Assembly: GCF_004010195.1 (NCBI RefSeq)
Contig: NC_057718.1
Location: forward strand, 64,591,123-64,655,122
DNA: 64,000 bases
DNA from: Chiloscyllium plagiosum
Lineage: Eukaryota
Direction of reading: 5' to 3'
Under the pieces are notes generated by a model. The model searched no databases and had not been told where the DNA came from. It saw nothing but the letters and a program-made list of their open reading frames with translations. This document shows positions 1 to 13,677 of the stretch, one piece after another (the first letter of the stretch is position 1; each line of letters opens with the position of its first letter). A program made the translations under genes and the position numbers.

Positions 1-348
1 CCCATACATACCAGCCTTCCCTTTCACCCTGACAGGAATATACTTTTTATGGATTCTTGTTATCTCATTTCTGAAGGCTTCCCATTTTCCAGCCGTCCCT
101 TTGCTTGCGAACATCTGCCCCCAATCAGCTTTCGAAAGCTCTTGCCTAATACTGTCAAAATTGGCCTTTCTCCAGTTTAGAACTTCAACTTTTAGATCTG
201 GTCTATCCTTTTCCATCATTATTTTAAATCTAATAGAATTATGGTCGTTGGCCCCACAGTGCTCCCCCACTGATACCTCAGTCACCTGCCCTGCCTTACT
301 TCCCGAGGGTAGGTCAAGTTTTGCACCTTCTCTCGTAGGTACATCCTC
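1..348 (-). mobile_element. CR1-clade LINE ORF2 fragment (endonuclease/tether region)
   Basis: Reverse strand reads PTREGAKLDL...VSVGEH..NDHNSIRF...LNWRKANF. Confidence 0.85.
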
Positions 349-1156
349 AGAAGTAGATTTGTTGTTGTTTTCTTTCTTTTAATCCAAATGTGCTATTATA
401 CACAACTGAGTAGTTTTTTGTCCCATTAATAAAATCATGCATGTTTTTTTCTTTCATCTATTAACCATCAGTAAATCATCCATGATTACAATTGATAAAT
501 TTACATACAAAGTCCATTAAGAGCAATGCAAACCATCAAAGGTGAAGGAAGAGGTAGGGAGGGTAAAGGGGATAATAGAAAATGGAGTTGGAAGGGGAGA
601 TAAAGCACTGTATCCCCTGTGGTGCCCACCTCTCTCTCTAAAGACACTGTATGGATGGATACAATGCACTTTGTCTTCAAGGACACTTGGACATGAACAC
701 AGCCACAGAAGAGGGGCAGATAGTCATGTAACAGCTACGACCTACTCCACAGCCTGCTGCATGTTGTATTTGTTTATTCGCTTTTTTATGTAAGTTGGGT
801 TCAGTTTGGTAAGTAAAAACAACAGGTGAGAATTGCTTTGTCAACTGGAAAGGTCTGACCGACGATGACAGCATACTAGTGATGGTAACAGGCCAACCAG
901 CAACCACTGTCAGTTGTTTTCAACTGGGAACATTCAACTGCCTGGCTACCTAAATAAATTGTTTCAACTGGGCCAGTAAAGTTATTATTGTCCTTCAACA
1001 TTTAATACATGCCACTAGGGAGATTTTCATAACATTCTGGTTTATGGGCATAGGGCACTATATTACATGTATAGAAAATTGGTCTCTGCCCGTCAAACAG
1101 AATAAGAATGACATGTCATTATCAGGTTAACTAACTAAACAATTGGGTACCCTAAA

Positions 1157-1250
1157 GATTAGAGTCGAAGAGCATGGTGCTGGTAAAGCACAGCCGGTCA
1201 GGCAGCATCTGAGGAGCAGGACACTCGACGTATCGGGCATAAGCCCTTCA
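1157..1250 (-). mobile_element. Penelope-like terminal repeat fragment
   Basis: Matches the gtgctggaaaagcacagc...cgggcataagccctt repeat seen at 32045 and 62364. Confidence 0.75.
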
Positions 1251-1264
1251 TAGGAAGGATGAAG

Positions 1265-2020
1265 ATCCTAAAGGTTAATGCTTGGCTCCTATATCAATGG
1301 ACTGTATGAGGAAACTGAGTGCAATGTATCGATGTTTGCTAATGATACAAAATGAGACTTAGAAAAGTGCAATATGAAAAAATTTTTCACTTTGATAGTT
1401 TTTCACATTTTTAAAATAGTGGGAGTCTGGGAAATGTAGGAATTCAGATGTAATAAAGGTTCAATAGACAGATTCCTGGAATGGGGGAATTGACCTATGA
1501 GGAAAGATTGATTAGATTATATTGATTAACTTGGAGTTAAGAAGAATGAGAGATGATATCATAGAATCATACAAAATTCTTGACACACTTAATGGAATAG
1601 ATGATCTAAAAATTATTCCCCTGACTCTAGAGTCTAGATATTTACTAATCAATCTGTTCAGAGATATTATTATATATGCCTAGAGCAGGTGCAGACCTAC
1701 TGGTTCAGAGTCATGGACACCACCCCTCAGCTACAAGAATCATTGGAGTCTAGAACTAGGGTCACAATCAGTACAAGGTGTTGGTCGTTTAGGATTAAAG
1801 TGAGAATTATGAATCTTTGTAATTCAGAAGGTGATGAATACTTAGTTGTTGACTAAATTCAATACAGATTTCAGAAGATTTTTGAATATTAAAAAAGGCA
1901 AGGAAATGGATATAATGCAGGAATGTTGAAATGGAAAAGTAGACCTGATCTCACTGAATGATGGAGTAAGCTTGAAGGATCAAATTGCCCACTCAAGATC
2001 CTGCATCTATGTTTTTATGT
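1265..2020 (+). mobile_element. Old degenerate CR1 3' fragment
   Basis: FANDTK-like RT motif and remnants of a CR1 3' end. Confidence 0.55.
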
Positions 2021-2143
2021 TTTACTTGAACACCCTGGATACATTTGGTAATGCTTGCTTCTGTCAGTATATTAGTGTCCAATTTCCATCCTAGTGTTTT
2101 GCCTTATTAATTCAGCCAGAAATCTCAGCAGACTCCAAGGTAG

Positions 2144-2395
2144 ACCATGAGCAGAACCACCCACAATTTGGGCATATCTGTTATCAAGTCATGCCAGTGA
2201 GGAAAATATATTCCGTGAGATAATTTCCTTATTTACTATTTTAAACCCTGTTTCCACACTGTAATGTAATCTAATGTAATCTAATCTAAACCATGAGCAG
2301 AACCACACACAATTTGGGCATATCTGTTATCAAGTCATGCCAGTGAGGAAAATATATTCCGTGAGATAATTTCCTTATTTACTATTTTAAACCCT
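2144..2395 (+). repeat. 106-bp direct repeat (2144-2249, 2290-2395) flanking a 40-bp SINE/LINE 3' tail
   Basis: The copies differ at one base. The spacer gtttccacactgtaatgtaatctaat... matches the tail of the HE1-type SINEs in this window. Confidence 0.9.
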
Positions 2396-3112
2396 TAGTA
2401 TTATTGGTTACCAAGGATGAGTTTGAAATGATAATTATTTCTGAGAAGTATAGCGAAACATTCCAAAATCATCTTGGGCACATAGTTAGTTACAGATGAC
2501 TGATTCAGTTGTAAAGGCAGCCAGGCTGACAACTAGTATTTAAAATAAAATGTTTCCTTATCAGGATTCTGTGACCCTGCCAATAAGTGTATCTTATTGA
2601 AATCTCTCCCTCATAGTCCCAGTTGCATTGTAACTGTGATACCAAACAGTGCAGGTTCAATTCCTGTACTGCCTGAGGTCACAATGAAATTCTGTGTCTC
2701 AATCTCATTCCTCAGCTGAGGTGTGGTGGCACTCGGGTTAAACTCACCATCAGTCATTTCTGGCATCTTTAGCCCTAAATGGCAGAATACATACAAATTA
2801 TTCAGATACCAAGATGTTGAGTGGCGTCAGGATTGTAGGCAAGTAGGTGTAGATGTTGACATCTGATTCCTCAATGCTTTGGCAGAATTCCACGACTTGC
2901 ATTGAATGAATACATAATTCTACATGGAATGCAATAACTTAATACTATCAATTTAATCTTGACTAAATTCAATTTGTGCTGTATTTTTGGAGAGATTTTC
3001 ACCATGGGGCTTATTGAGTTCTCACGTCCCGTACCTTACCAAACTTGCTGCATTAATTACCTAATCTATCCGCTATGACATCTTTCATGTGCAATTCAAG
3101 CCTGTTTGGGTG

Positions 3113-3400
3113 TTATGGTGGCACAGTGGTTCGCACTGGAACCACACAACAGCAGGGGCCTGGGCTTGATTCCAGCCCTTGGGTGACTATCTGTGTGGAG
3201 TTTACACCCAGTGTCTGTGTGGGTTCTGTTGGGTGCTATGGTTTTCTCCCAAAATTCAAAATGTGCAGGTTAGGTGGATTAGCCATAGTAAATACAGGGT
3301 AATGGTAGTGGTGGTGGGTCTGTGTGGGATGCTCTTTGGAGAGTTGGTGCAGACCCATGGAGCTGAATTACCTCTTTCTGCACTGTAGGGGTTTTATTTT
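3113..3400 (+). mobile_element. HE1-type (V-SINE) tRNA-derived SINE, diverged
   Basis: A-box/B-box-like head and the tgtgtggagttt...gtctgtgtgggtt core. Confidence 0.8.
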
Positions 3401-4025
3401 ATAATTCTATCCACATCTTACCATGTGTCATTCCCAAAGTAACTCACCACTCAGTGGATATGCTGGTAATCACCACCAGCCCTTGCACATGCACTGTTTT
3501 TAAAAGCCCTTTGTTTCCAAGCTCATGGACTCATACCAGAGACTGTTCTCGACTTAATCAGGATCCCCTGAACAAAGACTATCTTGTTTGACTTGACTGA
3601 GGCCTGCTGACAACTATGATATGCTTGCTTCTTTTGTGTCTATGCTAAATGACAAGGCAAGACAGAAGTAATATGAGCCTGGTATCTTTGACTGAGGATG
3701 AAACACAAAAAGGCAAGGCAATCAAGGCAAAGATGTTGTGAACATCTAGGATGGCTCAGAGTTGGGTTAGGGTTAGGGTGCGATATGACAGCAAGCAAAG
3801 AACCTCAAGGTGCAGCCTTGACCTGTTCATGAGCTGGGTGTGTGTCCCCAAGAGCACAAGATCATCGCTGCAACATGACAGTGATAGTTGCTGGTTCAGC
3901 CCAAGGCGCATATTGAAGTGAGAAGCATCCTATATGTGAATTGGTGATATATCATGAGAGTTCTTAGATGCTGGCACATGTCAGATGCCAATGTCCGTGG
4001 ATGTGGGATATCTGTGGTTGTTGTC

Positions 4026-4110
4026 AAGATTAGGGTGGTGCTGGAAAAGCACAGCAGGTCAGCCAGCACCCGAAGAGCAGGAAAATCGAAGTTTCGGGTA
4101 AAAGCCCTTG
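4026..4110 (-). mobile_element. Penelope-like terminal repeat fragment
   Basis: Same repeat as 32045-32140, truncated at aagccctt. Confidence 0.75.
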
Positions 4111-4257
4111 AAGATGTTGGTGCTGTATCCAACATAAAGGTCATTCAGAGCATTCAAAAGCATAAAAATAGCATGGCTTCCTCTCAGTATCAAGGTGGGC
4201 TTCACTGGACTTCTCTGTTACACATCTTCACATGGCCCAAATCCCTCACATCCATAA

Positions 4258-5418
4258 AAGTCACAGAGTCATAGAGATGTACAGCATGGAAACAGACACC
4301 TTAGTTCAACTTGTCCATGCCGACCAGGTATCCCAACCCAATCTAGCCCCACTTGCCAGCCTCCAAACTCTTCCTATTCATAAACCCATCCAGATGCCTT
4401 TTAAATGTTGCTATTGTACCAGCCTCTACTACTTTCTCTGGCAGCTCACTCCATACATGTACCAACCTCTGCATGAAAAACTTGCCCCTTAGGACTCTTT
4501 TATGTCTTTCCCCTCTCACCATAAACCTACGCTCTCTAGTTCTGGACTTCCCCACCACAGGGAAAAGACTTTGTCTATTTATCCTAACCTTGCCCCTCAT
4601 GACTTTATAAATCTCTATAAGATCACCCCTCAGTCTTCTGTGCTCCAGGAAAAACAGCCCCAGCCTATTCAATCTCTCCCTGGAACTCAAATCCTCCAAC
4701 CCTGGCAACATCCTAGTAAATATTTTCTGAACCGTTTCAAGTTTCACAACATCCTTCCAATGGGAGGGAGACCAGAATTCACAATATTCCAAAAGTGGTC
4801 TGACCAGTGTCCTGTTCAGCTGCAACATGACCTCCCAACTCTTGTACTCAATACTCTGACCAATAAAGGAAAGCATACCAAATGCCCTCTTCACTATTCT
4901 ATCTACCTGTGACTCTACTTTCAAGGACCTATGAACCTGCACTCCAAGGTGTCTTTGTTCAGCAACACTTCCTAGGACCTTACCATTAAGTGTATAAGTC
5001 CTGCTAAGATTTGCTTTCCCAAAATGCAGCACCTCGCATTTATCTGCCACTCTACAGCCCATTGGCCCATCTGATTAAGATCCTGTTGTAATCTGGGTTT
5101 ACCTTCTTCACTGTCCACAACACCTCCAATTTTGGTGTCATCAGCAAACTTACTAATTATACTTCTTATGCTCACATCCTAATAATTTATATAAATGATG
5201 AAAAGTAGTGGACCCAGTACCGATCCTTGTGGCACTCCACTGGTCACAGGCCTCCAGTCTGAAAAACAACCCTCAACCACCACCCTCTGTCTTCAACCTT
5301 TGAACCAGTTCTGTATTCAAATGGCTAATTCTCCCTGAATTCCATGAGATCTAACCTTGCTAACCAGTCTCCCATGGGGAACCTTGTCAAACACCTTACT
5401 ATAGTCCATATAGATCAC
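4258..5418 (-). mobile_element. CR1 LINE, 5'-truncated (RT C-terminus and 3' UTR)
   Basis: ORFs contain SKFADDTKIGG and KCEVLHFG...LVRPLLEYC...RLRGDLIEIYK, plus a ctatgact tail. Confidence 0.93.
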
Positions 5419-6809
5419 TGAAATATAAATGACAAAAAGCATTTAAAAATGTGACAATTAACAACTCAAGGACAACGATAACATTTTAAAACAAGTGTTA
5501 CACAGGTATTATATTGTAAATGTGTATATCATTTGTACTGAGTAATTACTACCAGACATATATGGATACCTGAAAAAGAAAGTAAAATGAAAAAAGGCAT
5601 TAAATCATGCCATGTCGCTTCTGGCTCTTTTGCTAATCGACTTAAAGCGGTGTTGTCCATCACTGAAAGCAGTTTCCCTTTATTTACATTCAATATAATT
5701 CATGATTTTGAACATCTTCAAATGTCCACTTAACTTTCTCTGTTCTGAGGAAAACAAACTCAGTTACTGCAGCTTCTCCAAATAACTGATGTCCCTCATC
5801 ACCAGAACCATCCTAGCAAATCTCTTCACCCTTTCCAAATTCTTGCCATCCTGATGACATGTATGCATAAGAACAGGTCAACTCTGTCATTGATGGGTAT
5901 ATGACTTGTACGTTTTGCAGTGACATATTCCTAACTTTGAAAAGATATTAAAATATAAAAAAAAACTTTTAAAATGAAATGGGGCTTGATTTTCAATTGT
6001 CTGAGTGGGCAGGTTTGGGTGCGTGCATGCACTAAAAATCAACAGCAATTGCAGTTGCCAACATCACTGGAATAGAATGTGATTTTCAGAGGGATAACTG
6101 AAAATGAGGGAGTTGGCAAACCGCATGCTTCTGAAGAACAGTTCATTGAGCTTTTGTGGATCTTTGTAAGAGAGTCTGGGATGTTCAGTTCGACACTGTC
6201 AGTTGAGAAACACTGGGAAATTAGGGGGTCTGGGACATGTCAGAGTATGCAACCAAGCAAGAAGCCATGAGTATTAGTGATTACAATGTTCAACAGTTGA
6301 TTGAACTGATGCACTTAAACTTTGATAGCCATCTAGATAGTGGAATTTGAATCAATAAAAATCCAGATATGCATCTAGTAGCACTGATTTGCTATTATTG
6401 TTGCTAAGAGAATGTATTTATGGTTTGAACTTCTGGATTTCTTGAGAGGGATATGAGGCTGTAGGCATCACTTCAACAATAGAGATGTGAGACAAACCTT
6501 TGGCAAATCAATGAATGGTAGGAGGGTGCAATAAACATAAGCAAGGTACTTTAATGTTACATTTTCAGCAGGTATGCCCTTCTTATAATGAGGAGAGGGG
6601 AGCTAAGAAAAGGGCTGCAAAGGGAAAATGGTATTCTTCACAAACTTGGGATTACCACCCAAGAGGGAAGTACAGCAAGTGATAGACCATCAACACCATC
6701 CATAAGCACAGCCCCTATCTAGACAATTAGATTTAGCCACCTGAGTTCTAATGCACAATGAATTGATGTTTTGTGAACCCCACAGTGGTCCTTGACCTGC
6801 AACTATCAA

Positions 6810-7280
6810 GACCACCGTGGCACAGAATTTGTACGAATCAGATGTTCCAGGGATCAGCTACAGTTTAACTATAAAGAGAGGCTGGATAAGCTTTGTTTTT
6901 TTTGCCTTGGAGCGGAGATAGTTGAAGGTATGCCCATTGAGGTGCATTAGATTATGAGGGGCATGGACAGGGTGGATAGAAAGCAGCTATTCTTCTTCGT
7001 TGGAGTGTCAATAACAAGGGGTCTAATTTTAAGGTGAAAGGTAGAGGTCTAGAGAGGATTAGAAGATATGTCTTTTCACCAAGAGGATGGTGGAAATCTG
7101 GAATGTATTGCCTGGACGGAAACATTCAGGACTTTTTAAAAGCACTTGAAATGTCATAACTTCCAAAACTACAGCCAAGTGCTGAAAAGTGGAAGTACTG
7201 AAAAGTGGAAGTACGCAGATTTTGTCAGTGAATACATGATGGGCCAAAAGGATTCTTCTGGTCTGTATAGCTCTATGGTA
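6810..7280 (+). mobile_element. CR1 3' fragment
   Basis: Degenerate ERLDKL / FFTxRxV coding remnants and 3' UTR. Confidence 0.7.
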
Positions 7281-7309
7281 CAAACTTGTGTGAACCTTGC
7301 ATATATTAA

Positions 7310-7465
7310 AGCTTTCTCTGCACCTTCTCTGTAGCTGTAATAACTCTGCATTCTGTTCTATTACTCTACTGTACTTATGGGAGGTATGATTTGCCTGGAT
7401 AGTACGCAAACAATACTTTTCACTGTATCTCAGTACGTGACAATAGTAAATCAAACCAAATCAAA
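7310..7465 (+). mobile_element. Rex1/Babar-like LINE 3' tail
   Basis: Similar to the tail at 15600-15745 (ttttcactgt...acgtgacaata). Confidence 0.55.
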
Positions 7466-9424
7466 AACTTATCCTGTGTAAAGAATGTGTCCTTTTATTT
7501 TTGTATTGCTTTTTAATTGAAGAATGAACTGAGAAAAACAAAATATTCCAAAAACCAGGGTTTGCAACATTGCTTCATGTTTAAAATCAAGTAACTTGAT
7601 AACTCATTGTGAACACTGTTTGTCCCTAGCTATGGGTTTCAGCAGTGGTTGCAGATGATCTGAAACTGAAGGGCTGCGTACATCAGAGCTTTGGTTAGTA
7701 ACAGAGGATTGCTTCTGGGATTAGTGATCAGTTACCAATGATGCAGGTCATCTGCCTTTCAACATTTATATGATCAGTGCTTGGATAGCTGAACAGTTGC
7801 TGGTCAATGTGCTCTGTCAATCAGGGTCTGAAAGTAAAGTAAGTTGGGGAATCTTTGCATTGCTTTTAAAATCTTTAATTTTTGTGTCAACGCCAAGAAC
7901 ATCCGAGCTTGATTTATAGTGTGTTATCCCAGTGAGTCATTAAAATATAAATACAACTGATCACAGACAATGAATTTGGATGCAGGTTTGCAAAAGAAAA
8001 GCCTTTTGGAATCTCTGAAATCATGCCTCATTAAGTAAGATGATATCTTACAAATGTACTGAAATTCTTTAGGGAAGCAATTTAATTGATTAATTGTCAG
8101 AATGCAAGAGAAAGATTGGCATACAAGAAAGAGAAACATCCAGAAACAAAGAAAATAGAAACAGAGGGCTTAATCTTTCTTTTTAGTGGCTAAGTCCAAG
8201 GTGTGTTGAGTTCTTTGGAAGGTGTGTCACCATGAGGCCCAATACTTCTCTTGCCATATTTTACCAAACTCACTGACTTAATTATCTACCCCACCTTATT
8301 TCTCACACCCAAGTTTCTATCCTTAATAAAAATTACTACTTATTACATGTAACTAAACTCGAGCTGTAAGAGCTATGAACCATTAGAATATAATTAAAGC
8401 TAATAGTTAAAGCTCTAATGCCCTTATCAAGTCCCTCTCTCAAACCGCACAAGTATACTATACACACACAGAGGTAGACGCAATGGACAGAGGGAAAGGA
8501 CTGGGAAAACAGTTCAATGGATCCTGTTCACAGGGTTGTTGAGATTATTCTTGTGCTGGTCAGAGCACTGGCCAAAGTCTTTCAGTTATAAAGAGTCTCT
8601 GATTTATTAATTAAAAGTCACAGTTTACAGCAACTGCTGAAGGAAGTTTACAGCAACTTTCTTCAGGCTTAAACTAGCTTTTACTGCAGAGAACATAGAT
8701 AGCTCCTCAGCTCGAGGAGTCTGATTGCTTCTAACGAACTTGCTGATAGCCCCAAGCAGTTCAGCTACCTCAGAACCAATCATCTTGTTGTTGGCAGGCA
8801 GAGGCTTTTGTCATCGATATCTGGTCATTAGCCCACAAACCTACCAATCAAAGCTCCATCTGTAGCTAACCCCTTAGCTTTGAATGGTCTGCAAACCACA
8901 ACACCACTCAAATAAGTAGCTATGTAAACATTATTTACGATGATTGTCAGGTTACTTGCTTTCCAATCACACAGAAATCCTTAGTTTAAAAGCAGCCTTT
9001 TGCATGTTTCTGTCCACAATAAATAGTACGGGAAAAAGAGTGTTATCTGAATGAGTTAATGATACAGTGCCTATCCATGTTCTGGAGTTTGTCTTGGTGC
9101 GTGGGAAGGGGTGGGTAGCAGAACCTGACTGGCATGTCTCCAAGACTGCAATAGGTTTTCTTAAAAGTACATTTCTTATATCTAGGCCAGAGATTGATTG
9201 ATTACCCTGACACCCAGAGTGATTAGTGAGCAGTTCAACTTCATGAAATGAAAGGGGAAGAAGTATTCTACTCAATCCTAACCTTTCATTAGAACTGGAG
9301 TGAAATGAGTCCCCTGGTTTTATAATTGCTGTGATTTAAGTGTGTACTTAATGATTACTTAAATCAGTTATGAAGGGGTGCTAACTTACTTGGTTTGTGT
9401 ATCTCAGTTCTCACAACACAACTT

Positions 9425-11264
9425 GAGTCGTAGATAGTCATAGACAGACCTTTCAACCCAAACTGGTTCATGTCAACCAAAATGTCGATCCATGGAAACC
9501 CCATTTTCCTGCACTTATCCTTTTAAATCTTTCCTATTCATGTATTTGTTCAAATGCCTTTACATGTTGTTCATGTATCCACCTCAACCACTTCCACTTC
9601 TATATGCGTACCACCCTCTGCGTAAAAAAGTTGCCCCTCATGTTCCCTTTTATTCTTTCCCCTCTAACCTTAAAGTGATGCCTTCTAGTCCTCGATTCCC
9701 CAACCCTGGGAAAATGACTGAGTGCCTCTTAAGATCTTACACACTTCTGTAAGTGCCCCCCTCATTTTCCTATGCTCTAAAGAAAAATGTCTAGATTGTA
9801 CAACTTCTCCCCATAACTCAGACCCTTCAGTACTGGGAACATCCTTGCAAATTTCTTCTGCACTCTTTCCAATTTAATAACATCCTTCCTATATTCAGTG
9901 CCCTGACTGATGAAGGCCAGTGTTTCAAAAGTCTTCTTCACTATGTCTACCCATGACTCCACTTTCAGAGAACCGTGCACCTGAACTCCAAGGTCCCTCT
10001 GTTTCACTACACTCATTAAGGTCCTACAATTCAACATGAAACTCTGACTTTAATTTGTCTTTCCAAAATGTAAGACCTCACACTCCATTTGCCAATTCTC
10101 AGCCCACTTCCCCAGCTGATCAAGATCCTGATGCAATCTCTGATAACGTTCCTCACTGTCCAAGATGCTGCCTATTTTAGTGTCATCTGCAAACTTACTA
10201 ATCATGCTTTGCACATTCTCATCCACATCATTGGGATAGATAACAAATAGCAAAGGGCCCAGCACCGACCCCGAGGCACTCCACTAGTTACAGGCCTCCA
10301 GTCCGACAAGCATCCTTTCACTATTACCCTCTGCTTCCTACGATCAAGCCAATTGTGTATCCAATTTGCCAGCTTCCCCTGGATTCTATGTGATCTAACC
10401 TTCCAGAGCAGCCTATCATGTGGAACCTTATCAAAGGCCTGACTGAAATCCATACAGACTACGTCTACTGCCCTGCCCTCATCAATCTTCCTGGTAACTT
10501 CATCAAAGAAAAAATTGTGAGGCATGATTTCTCATGCACAAAGCCATGCTAACTACTCCTAATCAAATCCTGTCTTTTCAAACGCATATATATTTTATCT
10601 CAGAATCTTCTCAAGTGACTTACTTCCCACCGATGTTAAGCTTACTGGTCTATAGTTCCCTTGTTTTACTTGGCAGCCCTTCTTGAATAAGGGCACAACA
10701 TTCGCTCATTCCAGTCTTCCGGGACCTCACCCGGAGCTAACGATGATGCACAAAAATATCAGCGAGAGCCCTTGCAATTTCTTCTCCAGCCTCTTAAATG
10801 ATTCTTAGATATATCTGGTCAGGATCAGGAAATATATTTACCTTCATACATTCTGATACATTCAACACTCCTCTACTGTGATAAGGACTGTCCCCAAGAT
10901 ATTACCGCTAAGTTCCCAAGTCTTCCTGTCTTTTTCCCCAGTAAACACATAGGAGAAATATTCATTGAGCAACCCTATTGCTCCTGAACATTCCCTAATC
11001 TCCCTGCATATTTGCTCCTCCAATTCCCATTGAGTATTTGAGGGTCTATAGTACAGTTACTTCATCTCTGACTACTGTTGTGATACCTTATTCAAAACTG
11101 CAACTTCCCCTCCCCTCTTTCCACTACCTCTGTCCTGCCTAAAGCACCTATATCCTGGCACATTAAGCTGCCAATCCTGTCCCTCCTTTATCCATGTTTC
11201 TGTAATGGCTATAACATCTCATTTCCATGTACCTATCCATGCCCTGAGTTCATCGGCCTTACCT
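9425..11264 (-). mobile_element. CR1 LINE with internal deletions
   Basis: GKADELRAW..DVIAITETW (endonuclease start), MDFSQAFDKVPH, SKFADDTKIG. Confidence 0.92.
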
Positions 11265-12982
11265 CAGAATTTTTCCATTGAAATAGATTACAACTATTAC
11301 AATTCACCAAATATTCTGCGCATCCAGTATTACTCCAAAGAAATGACAAGGACATATGTTGTAGAGCATGTTTTAGAATTGCAAATATACCCAAGTATTT
11401 TTCCTTGAACATACTGAATGACCAACACTGTTTTGATGGAAAACCACTAAAATATTGGTATGTTAATGTTGAATGCCTGCTCAATTTCTCCTTCACTCAT
11501 GATAATTAACTTGAATATCTAATGTAACTCCAGAGGAAATCTAAAATCTGGCACTCTCTTATACTTCAATATTCTGCTGAGTGTCTAAACTCAAGGGGCC
11601 AGTTTTTCCGAGGAACAGCATTCTCATCCAGATAGCTACTGTGACCTTCTTTGTCTAAAGAGTTGACCTGCTGAGTTTTACCAACAATTTCTGTTTTTGT
11701 TTCTGATTTCAACCATCTGTATTTTGGGTTTTTTTTACTTAGGGTGTCAAGTAAGTAGAATGCCAGCTAGGAAGGATGTCAGGGGTAGAATGCCATACAA
11801 ATATGAGAATAACGTAAAGTTAGTAGGGTGCCAGCTATGAAGATGGTAAGATGTCAGGTGGAAGATGCGAGATGGACAGGCAGTAGAGTGCCAGGTAAGT
11901 CAGATGCCAGTTGAGTAGGGTTTCAGCCTGTAAGATAACAATGTAAGTGACGCAGTGTTTAGATAAGTTGGTATGGATTGGAGAAATGGGGTCTGCTTCA
12001 GTCCAGTGGGGTGGACTTTGGGAGTCTTTGAGTCTGGTGGGGGCAGAGGTCAGTCTAGCAAGGGAATGGGGGAATTGGGTGGAGGATGCCTGGTTCAAGT
12101 CAACACAAAGTGGCATCAGGGTACTGGGTTGGATCTAGGGATGGGATGGGGGTGCTGTCAGGTCAGGGTCTGGCAAGGATGCTTTTGGACTGTGCCTGGG
12201 AGATGCAATTGGTGGATACTCAGAAGTTAGATGCCATATTTCATAGTCTAACTTCGAACTTTTACAAAGTAAGCATTTACTTAATTTTATTGGAACCTTT
12301 AAAAGTCTGTCACTTAAATTGGAGATTTCTGCAGAGTTCCCAGTGGAATATGTTTTGATGGGGATTTGGCAGGGTCCTATAACCAGCTCCTATCTATGCT
12401 GGCAAAAGGAATGTCTGGCCACAGGGAAGTTCAGGCCTAGATGTGAGCAAAAGACAGTGATTACAGTCATTACAGTGTAGTAAGATCAAAATATACCATG
12501 CAAGGAATATGCACCCCAGTAGCTCTTCTCTTACACTCGTAATGTGCATTCTGCTGTCAGTTAACTAAGAAATTTGCAAATATTGTTGGGACCTAGATAT
12601 AGCAGAGGGAAAACAAAGCATTAATAAAAGATTGTCTTCACTCAGTAAACCCTGCAGAAGGATGTCTCAGCTTGATGCCATCCAACGTTGAAATTGAAGG
12701 GCATTCTGCCCAGATAGATTGTTCTTCTGGTGCAGAATTGAGGGACTGGGGTGTTGGTGATCCTGACATTCTGGGGCTTGTGATTTGGGTATGACCTTAT
12801 TTGCACAGAGATCAGTAGAATTCCCCTGTTATGGGTTCAGTCGTATTGGTGTAGTTTATAGTTAGTATTGCAATGACCCATTTGTAACAATGAGCATAAA
12901 TGATGTACACCACCACCACTAAGAAAAATGCCATTGCCAGTGCGGGCACAAACTTGGCATTCCTTTTGAGATCAAAGCCATA

Positions 12983-13110
12983 ATTCCTGATGAAGGGTTA
13001 TGCCTGGAATGTCTGTTCTTTTGCACCCCGGATGCTACCTGACCCGCTGTGCTTTTCCAGCACCACACTCTCGACTCTGACTTCCATTATCTGCAGAACT
13101 CACTTTCTCC
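12983..13110 (+). mobile_element. Penelope-like terminal repeat with degenerate hammerhead core
   Basis: ttcCTGATGAagggttatgcctGGAAtgtc...gcttttccagcaccac. Confidence 0.7.
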
Positions 13111-13177
13111 AAAGTCATAATTCAGTCTGGTTAATCAAATTACATCCATGACTAATTGACAATCTGGTTAAATTGGT

Positions 13178-13677
13178 NNNNNNNNNNNNNNNNNNNNNNN
13201 NNNNNNNNNNNNNNNNNNNNNNNNNNNNNNNNNNNNNNNNNNNNNNNNNNNNNNNNNNNNNNNNNNNNNNNNNNNNNNNNNNNNNNNNNNNNNNNNNNNN
13301 NNNNNNNNNNNNNNNNNNNNNNNNNNNNNNNNNNNNNNNNNNNNNNNNNNNNNNNNNNNNNNNNNNNNNNNNNNNNNNNNNNNNNNNNNNNNNNNNNNNN
13401 NNNNNNNNNNNNNNNNNNNNNNNNNNNNNNNNNNNNNNNNNNNNNNNNNNNNNNNNNNNNNNNNNNNNNNNNNNNNNNNNNNNNNNNNNNNNNNNNNNNN
13501 NNNNNNNNNNNNNNNNNNNNNNNNNNNNNNNNNNNNNNNNNNNNNNNNNNNNNNNNNNNNNNNNNNNNNNNNNNNNNNNNNNNNNNNNNNNNNNNNNNNN
13601 NNNNNNNNNNNNNNNNNNNNNNNNNNNNNNNNNNNNNNNNNNNNNNNNNNNNNNNNNNNNNNNNNNNNNNNNNNNNN
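13178..13677. other. Assembly gap (500 N)
   Basis: Run of N. Confidence 1.

Noticed and set aside
4343..5062. 239-aa ORF as a host gene
   Set aside because: It is the CR1 reverse transcriptase C-terminus.
8220..8940. Possible solo LTR
   Set aside because: The composition is suggestive, but I could not define termini or a target-site duplication.
11233..11496. - strand 87-aa ORF ending in a donor-like GAG|GTAAGG
   Set aside because: The apparent donor coincides with the CR1 endonuclease start (GKADELRAW), and the peptide has no recognisable homology.
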